Source of the DNA: a virus | Taxonomy: Duplodnaviria > Caudoviricetes | Length of the DNA: 64,000 nt | Reading direction: 5' to 3' (one strand) | Virus record (IMG/VR): IMGVR_UViG_3300009078_000003 | Coordinates: 90-64,089 of that record | In this document: positions 56,867-64,000 of the stretch, piece after piece | Position numbering within the stretch: position 1 is the stretch's first letter | Layout of the letters: each line of letters starts with the position of its first letter | Notes under the pieces: generated by a model | The model's input: the letters and a program-made list of their open reading frames with translations, nothing else | Told to the model about the DNA's origin: nothing | Database searches by the model: none | Translations under genes and position numbers: made by a program

Positions 56867-57508
56867 ATGGAAAACAGTCCAGTAATCACCGAAGAGTATA
56901 AAGGATACACAGTAGAAGTGCACTATGATGATGATGCAGAATCCCCCCGAATGTGGAGCAATCTTGGAACTATGGTGTGTTTCCACCGTAGATATTCTCT
57001 AGGGGATGTAGAAAAAATATACTCTTCCCCGGAGGAGTTTGTTCTGCACCTGGCACGAAACTATATGAACCAGCACATCGCTGAGTCAGACTATGAAAAC
57101 CTTTCTGACAGGGCATTTATAACTAAATATATGAAGTTGCTTGACAGGTACATCATTTCCCTCCCTTTGTACCTCTATGACCACAGTGGAATTACCATAA
57201 GCACAGCTCCCTTTAACTGCTCCTGGGATAGTGGACAGGTTGGGTGGATATTTATTGCCAGAGAGTCTGTTAGAGAAGAGTTCAAGGTCCAGAGGATCGG
57301 CCCGAAGCTGAAGAAGAAAACCCTTGCTGCTCTAAGGGGTGAGGTAGAAGTCTATGACCAGTTTCTCCAAGGAGAGGTCTATGGGTATGCAGTCAAGGAC
57401 TCCGAAGATAAGGATGTGGATTCCTGCTGGGGATTTTTTGACTCCCCTGATAAGGTCCTGGTAGAAGGCAAAGAAGTTGTGGACGCCATAATAAAACACG
57501 GAAAATAA
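56867..57508 (+). CDS. Conserved phage hypothetical protein
   Basis: SPR.W.NLGTM.C.H.RY.LGD, LYLYDHSGITI, WDSGQVG, GEVYGY, DSCWGF. Confidence 0.7.
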   Translation: MENSPVITEEYKGYTVEVHYDDDAESPRMWSNLGTMVCFHRRYSLGDVEKIYSSPEEFVLHLARNYMNQHIAESDYENLSDRAFITKYMKLLDRYIISLPLYLYDHSGITISTAPFNCSWDSGQVGWIFIARESVREEFKVQRIGPKLKKKTLAALRGEVEVYDQFLQGEVYGYAVKDSEDKDVDSCWGFFDSPDKVLVEGKEVVDAIIKHGK

Positions 57509-57538
57509 CACTTAAGAAAACAACAGGAGGAGCAAACT

Positions 57539-57754
57539 ATGGCACTATACCTGGTAGTAATACACGGGGATGTTGACCCTGGGTTAGAAGGACCCTTTAA
57601 CTCAGAGGATGAGCGGGACAAGCGGGCTCTGGAGTTCCGGGAAGAGTATGGGGATTCCAGTGGGGTGTACATGCTGGATGTTAATTATCCGGGACCCATA
57701 CTCCAAAATGCTGTAGAAATATCAGCCTATACCGGGGGGTTCTTTGAGCCATGA
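57539..57754 (+). CDS. Hypothetical protein
   Basis: AGGAGG RBS. Confidence 0.55.
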   Translation: MALYLVVIHGDVDPGLEGPFNSEDERDKRALEFREEYGDSSGVYMLDVNYPGPILQNAVEISAYTGGFFEP

Positions 57755-58002
57755 ATACTCGACAATGTGCAGTATGTGGGGAAACCCGACCAGTAAAGGA
57801 ATGTGGGGATGGTATTCATGTACCAAAGACTACCTGTCTGTGGTGTATGAAAGAGAAATATGACTACATCCCATTGTTTGTATCCTTCCCCCCTCAAGTG
57901 AAGAAAAAGAAAAAGAGGAAACCACTCAAAGCCCTGGCTGCTTTGGCTAAAAAGAGAAAAGCTCTGGCTGCCAAGAGGGAGGAAAATGCTGACCTAAAAT
58001 AG
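57751..58002 (+). CDS. Small zinc-finger, Lys-rich protein
   Basis: CAVC...CLWC; ATGA overlap. Confidence 0.55.
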   Translation: MNTRQCAVCGETRPVKECGDGIHVPKTTCLWCMKEKYDYIPLFVSFPPQVKKKKKRKPLKALAALAKKRKALAAKREENADLK

Positions 58003-58095
58003 GTATCAGCACATTAATATATAAAAGACATGGTACATGTCTCCTATAAAAGCCCTGGGGCACGGCGATAAAAGGCCCCAAAGGAGGTAACTTCA

Positions 58096-58776
58096 ATGCC
58101 ATCTAATGAGGAATTGATTGACATGTTTGTTGCTGGGGTTCGGGTTAAAATTCCTCTGAGGAGCTACAGCTTGAGCTTACTAAGAGATCACCTGGTTATT
58201 CGCATACATCCCACTCCTGATACATATCAAAGCTCTGTTTATTGGTGGGGAGACCCAACCCTTATGAGAAGATACCCGGAAGGGATCATTATAAGTCCTA
58301 TAAATGTTCCCCAAAAGAAAGTTGCACTAGAGAAACTAACATCCCGGAGAGTCCCTTTTTGGGAAGCTCCAAACTGTGAGAAGGATAGTCTAATCGGGTA
58401 TCAGGTAGATAATATTTTAGTCCTGTTAATTAAGATTGTAAACCTGAATGGGGGCAGTCCCAAAGGAGTTTTTCTTCCTCAACCACTGATCCCTTATACG
58501 TCTGTCTTAAGCAACACCCCAAAGAAAAAGGACTTTATATCTTTTGCTAAAGAAACACAGGCTCTGATCAGGCTAGCCCAAACAACGGCAAAGCACTGGG
58601 GACTACCCCTACATCTCTTGTACTCTCTCCTAAGAACTAACACATCAGTAACAGCTTTTTCCATATTAAGAGAACTGGGATACTTGCCCTTAGAACTTGC
58701 AACAGAGTTTTCCAAAGCCCAGATAATGCCAGAAAAGTCCACGTATTTTACAATTCAGGGGGTTCTCGTTCCATAA
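58096..58776 (+). CDS. Hypothetical early protein, paralog B
   Basis: AGGAGG RBS; similarity to 56228-56779. Confidence 0.6.
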   Translation: MPSNEELIDMFVAGVRVKIPLRSYSLSLLRDHLVIRIHPTPDTYQSSVYWWGDPTLMRRYPEGIIISPINVPQKKVALEKLTSRRVPFWEAPNCEKDSLIGYQVDNILVLLIKIVNLNGGSPKGVFLPQPLIPYTSVLSNTPKKKDFISFAKETQALIRLAQTTAKHWGLPLHLLYSLLRTNTSVTAFSILRELGYLPLELATEFSKAQIMPEKSTYFTIQGVLVP

Positions 58777-58884
58777 TCAACCGAATAACAAGGAGGAATA
58801 AACCATGAAAAAAGTAACTGCTGTAAACAAACTGGAAAAGGAAAGAGACAAACAAATCGAGGATGACCAAGAAGGAGGCACAGT

Positions 58885-59064
58885 ATGGCTTTCTTAATAG
58901 GCGCAGCAACCAAAGAAGAAATTAAGGAGATGGAAAGCCTTGGATGGGAAGTTGAGAAAGCCCCGGAGGCATTTGCAGATATAGCTGTGGGGGAGGACAA
59001 GGCGGTCCTGGTATACGTTGATAATGACATAGCAAAAATAATTGCAGACTGGAGTAAGGAGTAA
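58885..59064 (+). CDS. Small acidic hypothetical protein (59 aa)
   Basis: AGGAGG RBS; MAFLIGAATKEEI... Confidence 0.55.
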   Translation: MAFLIGAATKEEIKEMESLGWEVEKAPEAFADIAVGEDKAVLVYVDNDIAKIIADWSKE

Positions 59065-59214
59065 ATAATATGAAGCTGATAGTTCTTTTGATAATGCTGT
59101 GGGTTTTGTGCAAGTACGACAAGCCTACCAAAGGCGGGGGAAATCCGAACTACCAGAGGTATGCTATGAAGAACGATCTTATGAGAATGTTCAAATAGCT
59201 TTTAGGAGGAAACC

Positions 59215-59394
59215 ATGAGCTTTGGAAAGACCTTTCACACCTACAAAGAGGCGAAACACTACCTCAAAAAGAGGGAAGCCCGAAAGCTCCTCTATCCCAA
59301 AGAGACAATAAGGAAGCTCTCAAAGAAACTATTCCCCAGAAGGAGGAAACTTTACCATGTGGGAACATACATAGACTTCCTTAATTTTGATTAA
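59215..59394 (+). CDS. Small basic hypothetical protein (59 aa)
   Basis: AGGAGG RBS; MSFGKTFHTYKEA... Confidence 0.55.
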   Translation: MSFGKTFHTYKEAKHYLKKREARKLLYPKETIRKLSKKLFPRRRKLYHVGTYIDFLNFD

Positions 59395-59412
59395 CCCAGG
59401 AGGCAGTACCAA

Positions 59413-59988
59413 ATGACTAATGACCAGTTAATACACAGATTCCTTGACGGGAAAACCAAAGGAGGGGAACAGTCCTATGGCCTTTACGTAGAGGATAATA
59501 AACTGTTCTCCCGAGGGCGCAACCAGTGGCCAATAGCTACCAGGGAGATCTTGAAAGAGAAAGCGGTGTTCATCATTGAAAGTTATTACTTAAACTTAGC
59601 AGCGAGCCAGAAACATCGGGAACAGGTAAAAGCCCTAGCCCTGCTTGATCCCACCCGTATAGTCTATGAAGCCCCACATGCAGACCCAGCTAAAGTTGCA
59701 GATACACAAAAAATCCGCTTCCAAGTAGTACTACGCAGTATGCAAAGTTCTGTAAAGTGTGTCTTAGAGGATATCCCAACTGTACTGGAAGCTCTAAATA
59801 AAATAGAAGAATTTAAGAATCTTATGGGTCTAGATAAGAGGCTTGGCGTCCTTGAAAACCCTGCCGATTTTCAGGAGTTATTCAGTTGGCTGTTAGATAG
59901 CAACTCTTTAATTAATGAGGAGGATAGGGAAATACTGAGGAAACTGTGGACTATCTCTATGCTGTTCCAAAACAACAATCCAAAATAA
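59413..59988 (+). CDS. Hypothetical early protein, paralog C
   Basis: AGGAGG RBS; N-terminus similar to 56228-56779. Confidence 0.6.
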   Translation: MTNDQLIHRFLDGKTKGGEQSYGLYVEDNKLFSRGRNQWPIATREILKEKAVFIIESYYLNLAASQKHREQVKALALLDPTRIVYEAPHADPAKVADTQKIRFQVVLRSMQSSVKCVLEDIPTVLEALNKIEEFKNLMGLDKRLGVLENPADFQELFSWLLDSNSLINEEDREILRKLWTISMLFQNNNPK

Positions 59989-60075
59989 AATATAATCCCC
60001 TAAAGGCCAAGGCCAGTAAAGGTCAAGGCCAGTTAATAAGACAGGAACAATTTACTAAACACTGGAGGTAAGAAA

Positions 60076-60297
60076 ATGGCTAAGTTTGACGTGTACCTAC
60101 TGACCCCTACGGCCTCTTGGGAGGGTATTGAAGCCCCCACCGAAGAGGAAGCTATAAACATCGCAAGAGAAAGCGATCAACTGTTAGATTATGTTTACCA
60201 GGATTCTGGGGAACCCTACCAATATATTGCCCTACAAACAGATGATGACGAAGATATGGAGGAGGTGGAGAAGACAGAAGAGGCAGATAATAACTAG
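60076..60297 (+). CDS. Small acidic protein
   Basis: IEA.TEEEAI..A motif; GGAGG RBS. Confidence 0.6.
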   Translation: MAKFDVYLLTPTASWEGIEAPTEEEAINIARESDQLLDYVYQDSGEPYQYIALQTDDDEDMEEVEKTEEADNN

Positions 60298-60420
60298 CTA
60301 AAGAGTTGACAGACTCTATAAAACTATATATATAGATAAACCAATGGGGGCTGACAGGAAAAGTCCTCCTGCTCTTCCTATCTGATAGGGTCAGCAGCCC
60401 CCCTTCTAAAAGGAGAGACC

Positions 60421-61821
60421 ATGATAACTCTGAAAATATTAGACCCAGTTCATATAGAGACCAACATGGAGGGTAAGGCTAACCTGAATAAACTGCTCAG
60501 TTACCAAGCCTACTATTGGCACACAGGGAAAACCAAATCCGGGTACGGAAAGAAACGGGTGGACTACCCAGTGTACCTGATCCAGACTTTAAGTAACAGC
60601 AAACATATATTTCTTACAGGGTTCCTCCCCAAAGTTATCAACTTTCTGGAAGAATTGAAAATGCCCTATGAAATAACCGGGGAGATCCCAAAGGTGGCCT
60701 ATGATCCGCCAGATATCCCTGGCATAATATACAGACCAGACCAGAAAAGATTGATCGAAGCCGCTCTGGAGAATGGCAGAGGTGTACTTCAGGCACCTTG
60801 CGGGTCCGGTAAGGGCTTGATATTATTAGCTTTAGTTAAAGCCTTTGGACAAGAGAATATTCTATTCCTATGTCATAGTGTCACCATAATTTCCCAGTTC
60901 AAAGAGGAACTGCTCAAATGGGGGTTCAACCCCAAAGAAATTGGAGTTCTATCCGGGAGTCAGAATACCACCGGCAGGATTCAGCTGGCTTCTATACAGT
61001 CCTTCTCGAAGCTCATACCGAAAACTTATGTGGACAAATATGATGTGATCCTAACGGATGAGTGCCATGGTATTTCTAGCCTAAAAGGCATGTATGGGTT
61101 CGTTCTCCAGAGAACTCTGGCACCAGTCCGAATAGGAGTAACGGCTACGATGCCCTATAGAGATGAAGCAATATTCGCTCTTGAGGGATTGATAGGCCCG
61201 AAGCTGGGGGAACTTACTGTCAAGGAAGGGAATGAGATAGGGATTATAGCCAAACCAGAAATCCAAATCATAGAAGTCCCCACCATAGATGGCCTTGAGG
61301 AGTGTAGGAATTATCAGGATGTTTACCAGGTGGGGGTTGTTGAAAACTTCACCAGGAATATGCTGATTTTCGCTTTGGCTAAGAAGCAGGTTGAGAAGGG
61401 GAAGTCTGTACTGATCAATGTCAACCGGCTTGAGCATGGGTACAGACTGGAAGCCCTCGGCAATGAGTGGGGTCTGGAGTGCAAGTTTATCCATGGAGAT
61501 GCGGATGAGGATACCCGGAACAGAATCAAACATGCTCTGGACAGCAAGGAAACCATGTGTGTCATAGCCTCAACAATCTTCAAAGAGGGAGTAAACATCC
61601 GCTCACTGGACACCTGTATAAATGCTGCCGGCCAGAAGAGTGAGATAGCCACACTACAGGCCCTTGGCAGGGGGCTCAGGACCACTGAGGATAAAAAGAC
61701 TGTCCTTATCATAGACTTCAAAGACATGGGACATAAATACCTGAGAAGCCACTACAGAGCACGGTACGCAATTTACAAGAAGAACGGATGGATAGAAGAT
61801 CCAGAGGAAGGAGCAAAATGA
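60421..61821 (+). CDS. SF2 DExH helicase (UvsW/Rad25-like)
   Basis: YRPDQ, APCGSGKG, TDECH, VTAT, FKEGVNI, QALGRGLR. Confidence 0.92.
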   Translation: MITLKILDPVHIETNMEGKANLNKLLSYQAYYWHTGKTKSGYGKKRVDYPVYLIQTLSNSKHIFLTGFLPKVINFLEELKMPYEITGEIPKVAYDPPDIPGIIYRPDQKRLIEAALENGRGVLQAPCGSGKGLILLALVKAFGQENILFLCHSVTIISQFKEELLKWGFNPKEIGVLSGSQNTTGRIQLASIQSFSKLIPKTYVDKYDVILTDECHGISSLKGMYGFVLQRTLAPVRIGVTATMPYRDEAIFALEGLIGPKLGELTVKEGNEIGIIAKPEIQIIEVPTIDGLEECRNYQDVYQVGVVENFTRNMLIFALAKKQVEKGKSVLINVNRLEHGYRLEALGNEWGLECKFIHGDADEDTRNRIKHALDSKETMCVIASTIFKEGVNIRSLDTCINAAGQKSEIATLQALGRGLRTTEDKKTVLIIDFKDMGHKYLRSHYRARYAIYKKNGWIEDPEEGAK

Positions 61822-62069
61822 GTAAGGAAGACTGGAACACGCACACAGACCCACCCCCCTGGGAAGCGGAACCAAATTATATAACCCTGGTCTTTGACGA
61901 GTTGCTACACACCACAGCCAAGGCATACTTAATATCCTTTGGGGACAAAGAAATATGGGTGCCCAAAAGTATTTCTACGATCCGATCAACCAACCACCAA
62001 AACTTTATAGACATAAAAGAGTGGTTTGTAGAGCAAAACGAGTTGGAAATTTATGAGGAAGAGAAATAG
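61818..62069 (+). CDS. Small hypothetical protein
   Basis: TAKAYLI...IWVPKS...WF motif; ATGA overlap. Confidence 0.6.
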   Translation: MSKEDWNTHTDPPPWEAEPNYITLVFDELLHTTAKAYLISFGDKEIWVPKSISTIRSTNHQNFIDIKEWFVEQNELEIYEEEK

Positions 62070-62071
62070 AT

Positions 62072-62206
62072 ATGGCAAAAGAAATAGGAAAGAAAATGGT
62101 ATCTACCGGAGTAGGTATAGTAAAGGTTGGAGCAGCTATAATGGTAATTGGGATATCAATAATATTTATAGCTGTCTGCATTGTTGTTGCGATTGTATTA
62201 ACCTAG
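62072..62206 (+). CDS. Small membrane protein (44 aa)
   Basis: MAKEIGKK...IMVIGISIIFIAVCIVVAIVLT. Confidence 0.45.
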   Translation: MAKEIGKKMVSTGVGIVKVGAAIMVIGISIIFIAVCIVVAIVLT

Positions 62207-62217
62207 GGAGGGAAATT

Positions 62218-62367
62218 ATGGCCAGTTTTATGGAATGGTTAACAATAGCCCTGTTTATGTTTTCCATAACAGTTAACAGTATCCTACCTTGTATAATTCT
62301 GGTTTTGTTATCCCTATTCTCTGGGATATTGGGGTATAAATTATTTGGGTCCTGGAGAAGCTCATGA
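62218..62367 (+). CDS. Small membrane protein (49 aa)
   Basis: GGAGG RBS; hydrophobic. Confidence 0.45.
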   Translation: MASFMEWLTIALFMFSITVNSILPCIILVLLSLFSGILGYKLFGSWRSS

Positions 62368-63268
62368 AAAGAAAGGACTACTCTGACTTTGATATAGTAG
62401 CCTTCCTTGAAGATCAGGATATCTATCACAGATTTTCAGGGAAGAATGTTGGAAGGAATTGGGTAGGCTTCCAATGCCCTTTTGCGAAGGCCACGGAGAA
62501 CATGGGGGTGCCAGTCTTGACCATAAGACCTTCTCCTGCTGGCAATGCGGAGAAGGGGCATCCCCTCCAAAACTAGTCAAGCAAATTCTTGGGTGTTCCT
62601 GGGCAGAGGCTTATCGTACTGTTGAGCAGTACTCTCAACTGGACACAGACAGGCTCTTCACCCAGGTCCCAATATCTGAGAGAAAGAGCCTAGTAGAACT
62701 TCCACCTTTATCTGCCCCTCTGGTAGGTCCAGGTGGGGGGTATATCAAATCGAGGGGACTCGACCCTGGGGTTTTGGAGGCCGAGTATGGAGTAAAAGAG
62801 ATTGGGGTACTGGGAGACTACAGGCTCCGGCTTATTATACCAGTGTATGTAGACAATACCTTAGTAACCTTTACCACACGGAGGTATGTTGAAAACAGTG
62901 AACCCAAATACAAAGCTCAACCCCCAGAGAAAGCAATCATCCCAATCAAGCACTGCCTGTATAATATAGATACAGTTAAAGATCAGGCGATTATTGTTGA
63001 AGGCCCTGTGGACGTTTGGAAACTGGGAATAGGATCAGTGGCTCTGTTTGGAACATCCAGCACAGTAGAGCAGCAAGAGATGTTGGTAAACCGGGGAGTA
63101 AAAAGAGTTTTTATTATGCTGGACCCAGGTACAGAAAAGCCAGCAGAGAAACTTTACTTCTCTTTGATTTCCCTCATACGGGAAATAAAAATAGTAAGAC
63201 TGGAGGGCTTAGATCCTGGGGGCATGACACAGGAAGAGGCCATTAATCTTAAGTTACAGCTGCTTTAG
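62364..63268 (+). CDS. DnaG-type primase (Zn finger plus Toprim), split by a -1 frameshift at ~62480
   Basis: Frame A ...WVGFQCPF then frame B CEGH...H...CWQCG; RLIIP, KY, IIVEGPVD, MLD, DPG. Confidence 0.8.
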
Positions 63269-63272
63269 TAGC

Positions 63273-63301
63273 TTGACACAACAGGGGCTTTTTTATAGAT
63301 T
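63273..63301 (+). promoter_or_regulatory. Possible sigma70 promoter
   Basis: TTGACA-N17-TAGATT. Confidence 0.45.
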
Positions 63302-63350
63302 GAAACCTACCCTTAAGTACAAACTCCAAGGCAGATTAACGGAGTAGTCT

Positions 63351-64000
63351 ATGGAAGAAATCAAAACTTGGCAGGAGAAGATCCACAATCAAGGCAAGGT
63401 TATTAAAAGGAAGAGGCCATCTCTGGCAGATAGAGATGGCCCCAAAAACAGAAAGGCAAAACCAGTACCAAACACACCCAGATGTGTAAATATAAAATCA
63501 GAAGACACAACTGTCAAGCCCAAACTTAATAGATCTCTCTTTGCCAATCCGGCAGGGGCTAAATACAAGACTAAAGAACCAAAGAATCTACAGGCTACTA
63601 ATACTGTAAGAGAGTATATCACCATCTGGAACACCTCAAAATTCCCTAAATTAAGGGAGTTCAAACCTGGAGGATCCAAGGCTCAGACAAAAAGATTCAA
63701 AGAAACTGTAAGAGCCTTGAAACATCTGAACTCCGGGAAATTATTCTCCGGGGAAATTCCTGGTGTGCGGTTCCCCCCCTCCTTTAAACCCAGAGTACTT
63801 AAGATACCCCCGGATAGGTTCAAATTCCTGGTAGAAAATCTGGAAAAAAAGGCTTTTAATCCAGATTATTTGCCGAGAAACAAATCTTTCCTGGCAAAAA
63901 CCAACTTATTACTGTTCCTGGTAGGCAATGGGGCGTATGGGACAACCCCCAGTCTGTTGCTGGACCAGGGAATAACCCATGCAATACCAAATACCAGCGC
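63351..64000 (+). CDS. Partial hypothetical protein (runs off window)
   Basis: GGAG RBS, MEEIKTWQEK..., open to window end by hand translation. Confidence 0.6.
   Translation, partial: MEEIKTWQEKIHNQGKVIKRKRPSLADRDGPKNRKAKPVPNTPRCVNIKSEDTTVKPKLNRSLFANPAGAKYKTKEPKNLQATNTVREYITIWNTSKFPKLREFKPGGSKAQTKRFKETVRALKHLNSGKLFSGEIPGVRFPPSFKPRVLKIPPDRFKFLVENLEKKAFNPDYLPRNKSFLAKTNLLLFLVGNGAYGTTPSLLLDQGITHAIPNTS

Noticed and set aside
51008-63679. Minus-strand ORFs in the early region
   Set aside because: Antisense shadows of RBS-supported plus-strand genes
1-64000. tRNA, rRNA, integrase or att sites
   Set aside because: None recognisable by eye; tRNAscan-SE would be needed to exclude tRNAs firmly

Overview
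The window is a contiguous piece of a tailed dsDNA bacteriophage genome (siphovirus-like, standard genetic code, AGGAGG Shine-Dalgarno sites and TTGACA-type promoters, so a bacterial host). No integrase, rRNA, tRNA or CRISPR array is visible. The left 46.3 kb is one minus-strand late region. It runs from terminase, TnpB, a GGQ release-factor-like gene, portal, protease/scaffold, decoration, major capsid and neck genes to major tail (flanked by two HNH endonucleases), a frameshifted tail chaperone, tape measure and tail tip. It ends in a ~12 kb accessory block: three glycosyltransferase domains, a GH-A hydrolase, two methyltransferases, a B12 radical-SAM/GT2 fusion, a pyruvyltransferase, a deacetylase, a GluRS/GluQ-like enzyme with an inserted discoidin-like domain, four paralogous 5-repeat propeller proteins and an NlpC/P60 lysin. 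46.3-49.9 kb is a repeat- and hairpin-rich, mostly non-coding switch region, probably near the genome terminus. 48.5-64 kb carries plus-strand early and replication genes (AAA+/DUF3150-like/metallopeptidase-VWA triad, SF2 helicase, frameshift-split primase). The best candidate for an undescribed system is the glycan-building and tailoring block with its aminoacyl-tRNA-synthetase-like ligase and hypervariable propeller set. The second is an apparently domesticated TnpB with a non-canonical RuvC-II next to a promoter-driven structured small RNA. All family calls come from motif recognition by eye; no searches were run.
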